From: an uncultured Chlamydiae bacterium
GTDB taxonomy: Bacteria > Chlamydiota > Chlamydiia > Chlamydiales > JAJFMB01
NCBI GenBank assembly: GCA_963696295.1
Contig: CAVOJR010000001.1
Coordinates: 2,720,001 to 2,784,000, forward strand
Direction of reading: 5' to 3'
DNA: 64,000 bases
Of the stretch, positions 19,374 to 28,808 are shown one piece after another. How positions within the stretch are numbered: position 1 is the first letter of the stretch; every line of letters begins with the position of its first letter. Under the pieces are notes generated by a model. That model was not told the DNA's origin, searched no databases, and saw nothing but the letters and a program-made list of their open reading frames with translations. Both the position numbers and the translations under genes were made by a program.

Positions 19374-20554
19374 GGGAGTTCTTCCACTTCCTCCAGCGCC
19401 TCTTGATATCTCTCCCCATTCCACTCCAAGTCATAGGTAAAGGTCGAAGGAACGCGAATTCCCAGGCGTTTGCTCAGCGCCATATAATGCACGAACAAAA
19501 ACGGCACATAAGCCACGGGTATGAGATCGCTGAATCTCAGAATCACATCCTTAACGGTGAGCAAATTTTTAAGGAAATCTAAAAAGGTCTTATTCTCAGG
19601 GAGTTGGCGCCATCCATAAATCAACATTCCGACAGCCAGCTGCCTTTTAGCTCCAGGAGTTGGTACGATCGTCTCATTCATTGGCTGGAAAAGGGCTTTA
19701 TCAATATTTTCTCTGGTGAAAAGGTGCGCCCCGCTAGTGGCTCTTGGATTGCATTCAATAGCAAATAGCCCTCTCTCATCTTCAATAAAATCAAAGGCGA
19801 TTTGCCCGGTAAAATTGATTTTTTGGACAAACTCTTTCACCCAAGCTAATATTCCCTTATGGTCGATCGACTCAAACATCACGCAGCTGTTTCCATCCAC
19901 GGCAAAGCCAACCGGATATATGGAGTGCGCGCTTAAGACTCCGTTGTGGCATATCCCGTAAGTGCAATACCTTTTCCCTTCGATCCATTCTTGAGCCACC
20001 CATGGATTGAAAGACTCGATTTCGAGTATAGGGGGTTGTTGGGGCGGCGTCACTTTTTTGATTTTTTGGGATCCCCTGGAGTAGCAGGGTTTTAAAATGT
20101 AGGGTTTTTTAAAGGGGATATTTTTTAAATCTTCTCGGCAGGTGATGAGATGGGTTTCGGGAGGATTCATATCCAAATCCTTCAACAATTGCATAAATCT
20201 CCATTTGTTATGCAGGGTATGCATGATGTCAAAGGGAGAGCACATCACAGTGCAATGGGAAGGAAAGCGATCCAGGGATTTGGAGATATAGAAGATTTCT
20301 TCGCATATCGGCAGCAAAAAGTCTATTTTTTCCCTCTTGACAATATCGACGAGGGAGTCGATGAATTTTTCCGGCTCAAATCGCGGACTGGGCACAATAA
20401 ATGATTTTTCCACGGCTTTTGAGAGCCGGCAGACATGATAATTTGAAGTCTCGGCTATATAAATTTTGTGTCCTGCAGCATGGAGTTGTCGTGAAAGATC
20501 CAATGTCACCCAAGACCGTCCGGCTGTCATCAAAATTTTTTTCTGTTTACTCAT
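19349..20554 (-). CDS. ATP-grasp domain-containing protein
   Basis: YILKPCYSR, WVAQEWIEG, FTGQIAFDFI, AIECNPRATSG. Confidence 0.88.
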   Translation of the reverse strand: MSKQKKILMTAGRSWVTLDLSRQLHAAGHKIYIAETSNYHVCRLSKAVEKSFIVPSPRFEPEKFIDSLVDIVKREKIDFLLPICEEIFYISKSLDRFPSHCTVMCSPFDIMHTLHNKWRFMQLLKDLDMNPPETHLITCREDLKNIPFKKPYILKPCYSRGSQKIKKVTPPQQPPILEIESFNPWVAQEWIEGKRYCTYGICHNGVLSAHSIYPVGFAVDGNSCVMFESIDHKGILAWVKEFVQKINFTGQIAFDFIEDERGLFAIECNPRATSGAHLFTRENIDKALFQPMNETIVPTPGAKRQLAVGMLIYGWRQLPENKTFLDFLKNLLTVKDVILRFSDLIPVAYVPFLFVHYMALSKRLGIRVPSTFTYDLEWNGERYQEALEEVEELPQIEAIRS

Positions 20555-20667
20555 GTTATCCTTTATCGTATTGGGCCAAATGTAAAGCTTGACCATGGCT
20601 TCTTAATAAAGAAGAGACAAAATTATTTGCAAATCAAAAAAACAAAAATAGCAATTATATTGGGGGA

Positions 20668-21312
20668 TTAGGATGCGTTGTTGTAAAATCGTTGAGAGAC
20701 TGTGTTCCAATCGATATTTTTAAAAAAGGCATCCACATAAGCTGCTCTGTCTAGCTTATATTCCGTTATGTAGGCGTGTTCGAAAACATCCATGATGAGA
20801 ATGGGTTTGGCGCCTGAGAGATGACCCAAGTCATGCTCATTGATCCAAGTGTTGATCAAACGGCCCTGGCCAGGTTCCAGGTATAGCACAGCCCATCCAA
20901 TGCCGCGAATGAGACCCGTTGCGATAAAATCCTCTTTCCACTTGTCGAAGCTTCCAAAGTCTTTAACAATTTGCTGGTAGAGGGAGTCTTTTTGATCCAA
21001 GGGTGTTTTACCACCTAAATTTTCGAAGTAGTATTCATGCAGGCGCATGCCGTCAAATTCCCAGCCGAACATTCTTTTGAGGCCGGCAAATTCCGGTCCG
21101 CGGTTATTGCCGCTCGCATCTAAGTCCTGAATCATTTTCAGGAGCTTATTGCTGTTTGCCACATACCCCTGGTAGAGCTTAAAGTGCATTTTCAGCAAAT
21201 CGTCGCTAAATCCGGGAGTATTGCCGATGAGCTTGTCAAAGTTTTTGGGTTCATATTCGGCATAACAGCAAATAAAGAGTGAGATGAAGAAAAGTAAAAA
21301 GGTATTTTTCAT
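20668..21312 (-). CDS. Fe/Mn superoxide dismutase family protein with signal peptide
   Basis: HFKLYQGYV, MRLHEYYFENLG, GIGWAVL, MDVFEHAY. Confidence 0.92.
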   Translation of the reverse strand: MKNTFLLFFISLFICCYAEYEPKNFDKLIGNTPGFSDDLLKMHFKLYQGYVANSNKLLKMIQDLDASGNNRGPEFAGLKRMFGWEFDGMRLHEYYFENLGGKTPLDQKDSLYQQIVKDFGSFDKWKEDFIATGLIRGIGWAVLYLEPGQGRLINTWINEHDLGHLSGAKPILIMDVFEHAYITEYKLDRAAYVDAFFKNIDWNTVSQRFYNNAS

Positions 21313-21752
21313 TTGTTTCCTTTATTATAAGTGCCCATGAGTTCTGTTTGTGCCAAAATGTGATTCTTGATCGCGGCAAGCACTTCATTTTTTCCCGCAT
21401 TGGCCGCAAGCGATAAAGTGGTATCTAAAGCATAAAGCTTAAAGAAGTAGCGATGCGTTCCAGACGGGGGACAGGGGCCTCCGTACTTTTGTTTTCCCCA
21501 GCTATTTTTCCCTTGCACGGCGCCTGGAGGGACGGTGTTTTCTTTGATTACCCCTGTTGGAGAGATGTTCCAGACGACCCAATGATCCCAAGTGCCGTTT
21601 GGAGCGTCGGGGTCATCCATGATCAGCACTAAAGACTTGGCTTCTTTGGGAATTCCCGCAATATGCAAGGGAGGGTTGATATCATCCCCTTGGCATGTGT
21701 AACGAGTAGGTATCGTCTGGTGGTGTGCAAAAGCCGGACTGGTAAGTTCCAT
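21309..21752 (-). CDS. YbhB/YbcL family (PEBP, Raf kinase inhibitor-like) protein
   Basis: DDPDAP..WDHW, YGGPCPPSGTHRYFFKLYALD. Confidence 0.95.
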   Translation of the reverse strand: MELTSPAFAHHQTIPTRYTCQGDDINPPLHIAGIPKEAKSLVLIMDDPDAPNGTWDHWVVWNISPTGVIKENTVPPGAVQGKNSWGKQKYGGPCPPSGTHRYFFKLYALDTTLSLAANAGKNEVLAAIKNHILAQTELMGTYNKGNK

Positions 21753-21817
21753 GATCTAACCTGTTTGAAATAATTAAAAAGTTGTATACCCTAAATGAAA
21801 CCCTTTGTCAATACTGT

Positions 21818-22219
21818 ATGAAGTTTATTTGCGATCAGATGTTAGTCCGCCTGGGAAGATGGTTAAGAGCTGCGGGATACGATACGGTCATTATCGACAG
21901 ATCGATGCCGGATACAGAGATTCTCTCCAGGGCGCTTGCTGAAGGGAGGATTCTTTTAACGCGCGACCGTTTTTTTGTGGGAAAGGAAAACTCGATTTTT
22001 TTGACTGCCAACACGGTCGAGTCCTGCGCGGAAGAATTGAGCAGAGAAATAAAAATAGACTGGCTGGAGGCGCCATTTACGCGCTGTCTGGAATGCAACG
22101 CTATTCTCGAACCCGAAGATTTGGGCACATTTTGTCCACAATGTCAGAAGCATTATTGGGAAGGCAGCCATACCCAGCGGATGCTGGCTACCTTAACCCG
22201 TTGGAATGCTATTACATGA
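21818..22219 (+). CDS. Mut7-C RNase domain protein (PIN-like plus Zn ribbon)
   Basis: FICDQML.RLGRWLRAAGYD, RILLTRD, RCLECN, CPQCQKHYWEGSH. Confidence 0.9.
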   Translation: MKFICDQMLVRLGRWLRAAGYDTVIIDRSMPDTEILSRALAEGRILLTRDRFFVGKENSIFLTANTVESCAEELSREIKIDWLEAPFTRCLECNAILEPEDLGTFCPQCQKHYWEGSHTQRMLATLTRWNAIT

Positions 22220-22394
22220 AGTCGCGATCCATTACGGTTTTGCGGTTGTTGCGCTTAGCGTTTTCGCTAGCTCTTTCACACTCCCGCATAACGACTTTAG
22301 TGAGTTCATCCATCACTGCCGCTGAGGTATTTAACCCATATTTGCCTTTGATGAACTCTTTGACTTTACTCGATACAACAAGTTTTTCACTCAC
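22212..22394 (-). CDS. bacterial histone-fold protein (Bd0055/HBb-like)
   Basis: 60 aa, GTG start after AAAGGGGG SD; LVVSSKVKEFIK..LNTS and AKRNNRKTVMDRDF match the short bacterial histone pattern. Confidence 0.88.
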   Translation of the reverse strand: MSEKLVVSSKVKEFIKGKYGLNTSAAVMDELTKVVMRECERASENAKRNNRKTVMDRDFM

Positions 22395-22623
22395 GGTTTC
22401 CCCCTTTCTTGGTATGCTCTCTTTTTTCTAAATAGCACGCTGCCCGTTCAACTGAAAAGGAGAAACGCACTGAGGGGTAAAATAAATTTATATGTATGAC
22501 AATCAATGAGATGCGTTTTAATCTTTTGTAAAGAAGATTATTTACTGGATTTTAATATAATCTTTATAGTAAATTAATGGTTATAATGTATTGTTGGGCT
22601 TTTAATAATTAGAGGAGGGGAAA

Positions 22624-23022
22624 ATGACGATCACCCAATTTATCAAGGATTTTTGTTCAGACATTAACACCATCGGCGAACAAGGCGATTATCTGCAGGC
22701 TTTTGCTGAGCAAAGAGCGAAATCCCTGGTCTTCCGCGGGGTTGGGGTTTATCTTGTGGTTTCCTCAGGCCTCAATATTCTCGCCATGCCCCATTTGAGA
22801 GTCGCTTCGATAGTATGGCAGCTATTTCGCATGGCCATCGGACACGATCTGATCGTGATAGGAATTAACCAAAGGGCCGAGATTGGCGGATCAGCGAGGC
22901 GCGCTGCCGGTAATCTATTCTCCGCCTGGTGGAATGAAGGGCACAGGCACTTTGAGGGAACTCTTATTATCCAACATATTTATAGGGAATTGCAACATCT
23001 GGCAAATCTATCAAAGTCCTAG
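22624..23022 (+). CDS. hypothetical membrane-associated protein
   Basis: GAGGAGG SD, 132 aa, central hydrophobic region. Confidence 0.65.
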   Translation: MTITQFIKDFCSDINTIGEQGDYLQAFAEQRAKSLVFRGVGVYLVVSSGLNILAMPHLRVASIVWQLFRMAIGHDLIVIGINQRAEIGGSARRAAGNLFSAWWNEGHRHFEGTLIIQHIYRELQHLANLSKS

Positions 23023-23023
23023 A

Positions 23024-23366
23024 AGAATCCATGAGGAGCTCTACAAAAGTTCCAGTAGCTTCCAGTAGAATCCATAAGGGGCCAGACCCTGCAGATTCCA
23101 TTAGAATCCATGAGCAGCTCTACAAAAGTTCCAGTAGAATCCATGAGGAGCTCTACAAAAGTTCCAGTAGCTTCCAGTAGAATCCATGAGCAACTCTACA
23201 AAAGTTCCAGTAGAATCCATGAGGAGCCAGATCCTGCAGATTCCAGTAGAATCGCTCTACCAAAACCCCAGTAGCTTCCAGTAGAATCCATGAGCAGCTC
23301 TACAAAAGTTCCGGTAGCTTCCAGTAGAATCGCTCTACCAAAACCCCAGTAGATTCCAATAGAATC
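23024..23366. repeat. mosaic tandem array of nine 33-43 bp units derived from the 3' end of the DASS gene
   Basis: agaatc anchors at 23024, 23067, 23103, 23136, 23179, 23212, 23248, 23283, 23326, 23361. Confidence 0.9.
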
Positions 23367-24738
23367 CCCCGATGAACAGCCAGATAAAGAAATTGAGCAG
23401 GCTCACGATCAAACCCACTCTCCACCAGTCGCTGACTGAAACATACCCCGCGCCGAATAATACGGCTGCGGGTCCCGAACTGTATTGCGTGAGGCCGCCA
23501 AAGAGGCTGCTGAAAAAGGCCAGGGTATAAGCGGCAAGGCCTTGCGGCGCGCCGAGCGAGATCGCGGCCGCTAAAAAGGCACAGTACATCGCGCCGACAT
23601 GGGCGAGGTTGCTCGCGAAAAAATAATGGGTGTAAAAGTAAATGACAGCCAAACAGAAGAAGGCCGCCGGCCAGGCGAGGCCTTGTATATGACTCGTGGC
23701 AAATGAGCTGAACCAATGGGTTAAGCCGAGCTTGTTCAGTTCAGAGGCCATCATCAGTAAAACAGCAAACCAGACCAGCGTTTCCCAGGCATCCTGCTCC
23801 CCCCGGATATCCTGCCAGGTTAAGACGTTTGTGATGAGCAGGATGACGAGTCCGATCAACGCGGTCACGGTCGCTTTTATATCCAATAGGGGGCCTGCAA
23901 TCCAGAGCCCCACCAGAAAAACAAATACGGATAACATGATCCATTCGTTTTGTTTTATCGGACCCATTTTAGCGAGCTCCTCTTTGGCAAAGGCCGCGGC
24001 ATTCGGCGTCTCTTTGACTAGGGGAGGGAAGATGCGATAAATCAAATAGGGCACCAGAATCAGGCTGATGATTCCGGGAACGAAAGCGGCGACAGCCCAG
24101 CTGCCCCAGGTGAGTGAGACCCCAAAATTGCTCGCGATCTCGACAATGAGGGGATTGGCCGCCATGCTGGTTAAGAACATGGCGCTCGTAATGCAGGCCG
24201 ATTGGAAGGATACTGTCGTTAAAAAAGCGCCCACCCGCCTGGCTGTGGGCTGGTGCGGGCGGCTTTCAAAGGTGTTGGAGAGGGATTTGATAATGGGCAA
24301 AATGATGCCTCCGGCGCGGGCCGTCGAGCTGGGTATGGCCGGAGCGAGCAAAAGGTCGGTCAGGGCGAGACCGTAGCCGAGGCCCAGCGTTTTTTTGCCA
24401 AACAGCAGCATGAAATAGAAGCTGAGCCTGGCGCCAATGCCGGTTTTGATGAAGCCGCGCGAAATAAAATAGGCAAAGACGATCAGCCACACAATTTCAT
24501 TGCTAAAGCCGCTAAAGGCATCGGCAAATGTCAGGGTTTTAGTGATTAGTGTAAAAGTCAGACCCATCAAAGCCATGCAACCCATCGGAAAAGGGCTTAA
24601 GACAATCCCGACGATTGTGCCGACAAAAATAGCGAAAAGATGCCAGGCGCGCGGATCGACGTTTTCAGGAGGGGGAAGGAACCAGAAGAGGGATCCTGCC
24701 AGGAAAGCGATGAGCAGATAGAGATATTTTCTATTCAT
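23335..24738 (-). CDS. DASS family di/tricarboxylate (2-oxoglutarate/malate-type) transporter
   Basis: AWHLFAIF, PAIPSSTARAGGI, TSAMFLTSMAANPL, YTHYFFASNLAHVGAM. Confidence 0.94.
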   Translation of the reverse strand: MNRKYLYLLIAFLAGSLFWFLPPPENVDPRAWHLFAIFVGTIVGIVLSPFPMGCMALMGLTFTLITKTLTFADAFSGFSNEIVWLIVFAYFISRGFIKTGIGARLSFYFMLLFGKKTLGLGYGLALTDLLLAPAIPSSTARAGGIILPIIKSLSNTFESRPHQPTARRVGAFLTTVSFQSACITSAMFLTSMAANPLIVEIASNFGVSLTWGSWAVAAFVPGIISLILVPYLIYRIFPPLVKETPNAAAFAKEELAKMGPIKQNEWIMLSVFVFLVGLWIAGPLLDIKATVTALIGLVILLITNVLTWQDIRGEQDAWETLVWFAVLLMMASELNKLGLTHWFSSFATSHIQGLAWPAAFFCLAVIYFYTHYFFASNLAHVGAMYCAFLAAAISLGAPQGLAAYTLAFFSSLFGGLTQYSSGPAAVLFGAGYVSVSDWWRVGLIVSLLNFFIWLFIGGFYWNLLGFW

Positions 24739-24838
24739 AGGGAGCTATTTCAACAGAAAGGGGCTTTTGCTGTCCAGAAAATTTATAAAATGGGTTCCTC
24801 TGTTGATTTAAAAAGCGATTTTTGTCAAATCTGTATTT

Positions 24839-26071
24839 ATGAGGCAAAGAGAGATCAATAGCTGGGCCCTTTATCAATTTGCCGGCAACGGCTTCTCTGT
24901 GGTAGTCCTTACCACTTTGCTTCCGGTCTATTTCAGCCAGGTGATCGCTTCCCCCCTAACCCATGTTCAATCAACAGCTTATTGGGGGTATGTCAACGGC
25001 TTATCGCTGCTGTTGGCCTCTATTCTTTCTCCGCTCGCGGGCGCGTTAGCCAATCACTTTTGCATCCGCAAAAAAATGCTCCTGCTCTTCACCCTCATCG
25101 GGGTGGTGTTGACAGGATCGCTCTTTGCCATGACCGCCGGTCACTGGCTGATGACGCTGTGGCTTTTTTGCGCCGGCAATCTGGCGTACACTTTAGGGGA
25201 TATGCTGCACGACGGCTTTCTGCCCCATTTGGGGGGGAAGATCGACGCCGTCTCCTCCAGGGGATATGCCTTTGGGTATTTGGGCGGGGGACTCCTTTTA
25301 GCCTTCGATGTGGCGATGATCGCCTTAATGCAGGACAAGGATTTGGCTATCCGCCTCTCTTTTCTTTCAGTCTCTCTTTGGTGGGCGGTTTTTACGATCC
25401 CTCTTCTGCTATACGTGAGGGAGCCGGTGATCGAGGGGTGGCAAAGCCGGGGGATCCGGGAGGGATTTTCCCAGGTGGTGAAAACCTTCGAACGGATCAG
25501 GCAGTACCCTCAATTATTGCTCTTTTTACTCGCCTTTTGGGTCTATAACGATGGGATTGGGACGATCATAAAAATGGCGGCGATTTACGGCAGCGACGTG
25601 GGGATCGGCCGCAATACTTTAATCGGCGCTATCTTGATGACTCAATTTGTCGGCATCCCGTTTTCTCTCGCCTTCGGGACTTTGGCTGAAAGGATCGGAG
25701 CCAAGCGGTGCATCTATTTTGGGCTGTTGGTTTATACTTTGATTTCGGTCGGCGGCTATTTTATGACCCGGCCGCTCCATTTTTGGCTCCTCGCTTTTTT
25801 CGTGGGAACGGTGCAGGGAGGGACGCAAGCTCTCAGCCGCTCTTTGTATGGGAGCATGATCCCAAAAGAGAGGACGGCAGAGTTTTTCGGCTTCTATAGT
25901 TTGAGTTCCAAAGTGGGGGGGATTTTTGGCCCTCTGGTATTTGCCCTGGTGACTCAGCTCACGGGCAACAGCCGTTTGAGCATTCTCGCGATCATTGCTT
26001 TTTTTCTGTTTGGCGCCTATATCTTAACTTTGGTAGATGTCGATAAGGGAAAGAGAGAGTCTAAGAAATGA
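24839..26071 (+). CDS. MFS transporter (UMF1/BtlA/Atg22-like)
   Basis: SWALYQFA, VSSRGYAFGYLGG, YNDGIGTII, QGGTQALSRS, EFFGFY. Confidence 0.92.
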   Translation: MRQREINSWALYQFAGNGFSVVVLTTLLPVYFSQVIASPLTHVQSTAYWGYVNGLSLLLASILSPLAGALANHFCIRKKMLLLFTLIGVVLTGSLFAMTAGHWLMTLWLFCAGNLAYTLGDMLHDGFLPHLGGKIDAVSSRGYAFGYLGGGLLLAFDVAMIALMQDKDLAIRLSFLSVSLWWAVFTIPLLLYVREPVIEGWQSRGIREGFSQVVKTFERIRQYPQLLLFLLAFWVYNDGIGTIIKMAAIYGSDVGIGRNTLIGAILMTQFVGIPFSLAFGTLAERIGAKRCIYFGLLVYTLISVGGYFMTRPLHFWLLAFFVGTVQGGTQALSRSLYGSMIPKERTAEFFGFYSLSSKVGGIFGPLVFALVTQLTGNSRLSILAIIAFFLFGAYILTLVDVDKGKRESKK

Positions 26072-26136
26072 TTTGTTAAATTTTCTGTACAATTATGAGA
26101 TTTTTTTTTAATATCATTAAAAAAAAGAGGATCCTC

Positions 26137-26781
26137 ATGATTTCATTTTTTCTCATCCTAGGCATCTTCTGGACGGCAACAAGTGAGTGCCGCTCGCTCG
26201 ATAATGAAATAAAACTCGCCATTGTTCAAGCCGCTTACGATGGTGTCAAAATGGCCGATGATTTGATCGGCCTTTCCGACAACTATTTTTATTCCATCCA
26301 AGATAAGCAACAAGCCGGGGCAGTTTATAATCAAGATATTGAACTTCAAATAACTTCAATCAACAAGAAAATAAGTTCTCTGACTCCCCATGCTTCAAGA
26401 TCGGCTGATGTGATCTCAAATACCTTGCTGCGATTGAATGAAGCGATTAATCAATTGATTGTGGACTCCTCATCTAATTCTCCCTCTTCAGTTATAATAG
26501 AGGATAATAAGCAAATCCAGGAAGTCGTAAAAAGCTTTAAAGAATCTTTCTCTAAAACTGTGGAAAATGAAGAGCAAGTTCACAAGGCCATTCACTTGGC
26601 AGAAGGCTATCTTCGAGATTTTGTTTTTAATATGGAAAAGTACATTAGAGAATTAAATTTGCTGGTCTATCAATCCAATGACGCCAATATAAAGTTGTTA
26701 CGATCAAATACGCATCTCGTGGCCTATTTGAGGAAATTTGTCGAAGCATCTGCCTTAGCTACTTATTTTGGAAATTTATGA
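26137..26781 (+). CDS. secreted alpha-helical hypothetical protein
   Basis: Signal-like MISFFLILGIFWTA; ATGA overlap with next gene; track start 26095. Confidence 0.7.
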   Translation: MISFFLILGIFWTATSECRSLDNEIKLAIVQAAYDGVKMADDLIGLSDNYFYSIQDKQQAGAVYNQDIELQITSINKKISSLTPHASRSADVISNTLLRLNEAINQLIVDSSSNSPSSVIIEDNKQIQEVVKSFKESFSKTVENEEQVHKAIHLAEGYLRDFVFNMEKYIRELNLLVYQSNDANIKLLRSNTHLVAYLRKFVEASALATYFGNL

Positions 26782-27503
26782 GATTTTTATTTTGGTTTTC
26801 TTTTATTTGCCTGCCCCTTTTTGTTTATGGTGAAACGGAAGCATACAGCCCTTCCATCCCGGGTCAGCCTTTAATTTTTCACACTACAACCCCATCGCTG
26901 ACACTTCTTCAAAAAGCGATATTGGAAAGGCTTTCTACTTGCCAACAATATAAGTTTGTGGCGTTATCCCGAGTGAGCCTTAAGCTGACTGATTTGTATA
27001 TGGGTTTGGCAGGAGCCTCATTTATCCCCCTCGATCCCGCACAAAAGCAAAGAGTGACAGCTCTATATACCCTTAATATCGGCACCTCGATTCACAAAAT
27101 TCACAGGCTGTTTGTTTCTGCGAATGGCCATCAGGCAGAAGAAATCGCGCAGTTGATCACACAAACTTTGGCCAACTTCACAAAAGTAGCCCTTCAGATG
27201 ATTGATGATGCTGTTCTGGGAAATAACGCACAATTCCAACAAGATTTTCAGAATATGCAAACCGAGGTGATCAATTTTTATGAAAGAGGCGTTCATAAGC
27301 TTTCCAAAAATTCCGCTCTCATAGCTGAAGCTGAAAGCTCTTTGGAAGGGTTGATTAGCAATTTCTCCTTGTTTCTCGCCAATACCAACAGCTCAGTGAA
27401 TCAGGGGCAGCCGGTCTCCACTAGCACAGTGTTAGCTAGACAACAAGTGAACAAAAATTTATTAGCCTTTATTGAAAGAACATTTGGACTACAAATTTTA
27501 TGA
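26778..27503 (+). CDS. secreted alpha-helical hypothetical protein, probable distant paralog of the upstream gene
   Basis: Signal peptide MRFLFWFSFICLPLFVYG; ATGA overlaps at both ends. Confidence 0.7.
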   Translation: MRFLFWFSFICLPLFVYGETEAYSPSIPGQPLIFHTTTPSLTLLQKAILERLSTCQQYKFVALSRVSLKLTDLYMGLAGASFIPLDPAQKQRVTALYTLNIGTSIHKIHRLFVSANGHQAEEIAQLITQTLANFTKVALQMIDDAVLGNNAQFQQDFQNMQTEVINFYERGVHKLSKNSALIAEAESSLEGLISNFSLFLANTNSSVNQGQPVSTSTVLARQQVNKNLLAFIERTFGLQIL

Positions 27504-28744
27504 TTCTATTATTTCTATTTGCTTTTTCATTTTTACATGGCGCAAATTATCCCTTTCCGACGCATAATACTTATTATGCCGGCGTGATCAAACCCCAAGT
27601 CGGCCAAGGGGCTATGGATCAAGCGGTTGAGCAGCTTTATCAAGAGTGGAAGGATACCTATCTCGCCTATCGTCCTAATTATCCCAATCAATGCTATATA
27701 TCGTATAATCAGGATGGTTCCTCCGAACCGGCAAACGCCGTAAGTGTTTCTGAGGGGCATGGGTATGGGATGATCATTACCGCTTACATGGCAGGATTTG
27801 ATTCAGAGGCGCAAACAATTTTTGATAATCTGTTCCGTTATTATCAAGCTTTTCCCAGCGTGATCACGACTCCTTTAATGGGTTGGCAGCAAGTGCTCAA
27901 GAATGGCCAAATCATCGCAAATCCAAAAGGCGGAAACGATTCGGCAACCGATGGGGATATGGATATCGCTTTTGCCCTTTTACTCGCGGATAAACAATGG
28001 GGCAGTCAGGGCAGTATTAATTATTTAAGTTATGCCAATATCATGATAAACGCCATCTTATCAGGCGATGTCAATCAGGAGATGAACACTCTGAAATTAG
28101 GGGATTGGGTAGATAACGATGATGAAGATTTTGGAACGGCAACGCGCCCTTCCGATTTTATGTTAAACCACATAAGAAATTTCCGAGTCGCCTCCAATAA
28201 TCCCAAGTGGGATTCAGTGATGACCAAGACTTATTCGATCATAAACGAGTTATTTGATCACTTTAGCCCGCAAACAGGACTCTTACCCGATTTTTCTGAA
28301 TTTATCGATGGGGCCTATATTCCGGCAACCGAGGAATTTTTAGAGAGGGTAGAGGATGGCTATTATAGCTGGAATGCCTGCCGCACTCCTTGGCGTATCG
28401 CCGCAGATTATATTTTGTCCGGGGATACGCGCGCATTTAATCAGTTGACAAGACTAAATAACTGGATTCTCGAAGAAACAGATGAGGACCCTGAAGAGAT
28501 TAAAGCGGGCTACAAGCTAGATGGAACTCCCTTAGTTGAATATTCGGATTTGGCTTTTACCACCCCTTTTGCCGTCAGCGCCATGATCCATTCATCAAAT
28601 CAGAAATGGTTAAATGACCTTTGGGATTATACGAGTTCACAGCCTACCTCCGAGTCCAACTATTTCAACAATACAGTGCGTCTTCTCTGCCTGATTATGG
28701 TATCGGGAAACTGGTGGACTCCTCTAAACTTGCCCGGCAAGTGA
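27500..28744 (+). CDS. glycoside hydrolase family 8 (chitosanase/endoglucanase/lichenase-like)
   Basis: VSEGHGYGM, DSATDGDMDIAFALLLADKQWG, TRPSDFM, TGLLPDF, YSWNACRTPWR; signal peptide. Confidence 0.93.
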   Translation: MILLFLFAFSFLHGANYPFPTHNTYYAGVIKPQVGQGAMDQAVEQLYQEWKDTYLAYRPNYPNQCYISYNQDGSSEPANAVSVSEGHGYGMIITAYMAGFDSEAQTIFDNLFRYYQAFPSVITTPLMGWQQVLKNGQIIANPKGGNDSATDGDMDIAFALLLADKQWGSQGSINYLSYANIMINAILSGDVNQEMNTLKLGDWVDNDDEDFGTATRPSDFMLNHIRNFRVASNNPKWDSVMTKTYSIINELFDHFSPQTGLLPDFSEFIDGAYIPATEEFLERVEDGYYSWNACRTPWRIAADYILSGDTRAFNQLTRLNNWILEETDEDPEEIKAGYKLDGTPLVEYSDLAFTTPFAVSAMIHSSNQKWLNDLWDYTSSQPTSESNYFNNTVRLLCLIMVSGNWWTPLNLPGK

Positions 28745-28774
28745 AAAAATTATCGGTCGGAGATGAATCGGTTA

Positions 28775-28803
28775 AAAAATGAGATGGCGCCTTACGGCGC
28801 CAT
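28775..28803 (-). terminator. hairpin terminator between GH8 and LRR genes
   Basis: atggcgcc-ttac-ggcgccat preceded by an A-run on +. Confidence 0.55.
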
Positions 28804-28808
28804 TCGTA

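Noticed and set aside
23024..23366. CRISPR array (constant core with variable intervening sequence)
   Set aside because: Intervening segments are 20-30 bp, recur, are related to each other and to the adjacent gene; no cas genes in the window
23300..23716. 138-aa ORF ending FYWKLPELL
   Set aside because: Alternative frame within the DASS gene running into the repeat
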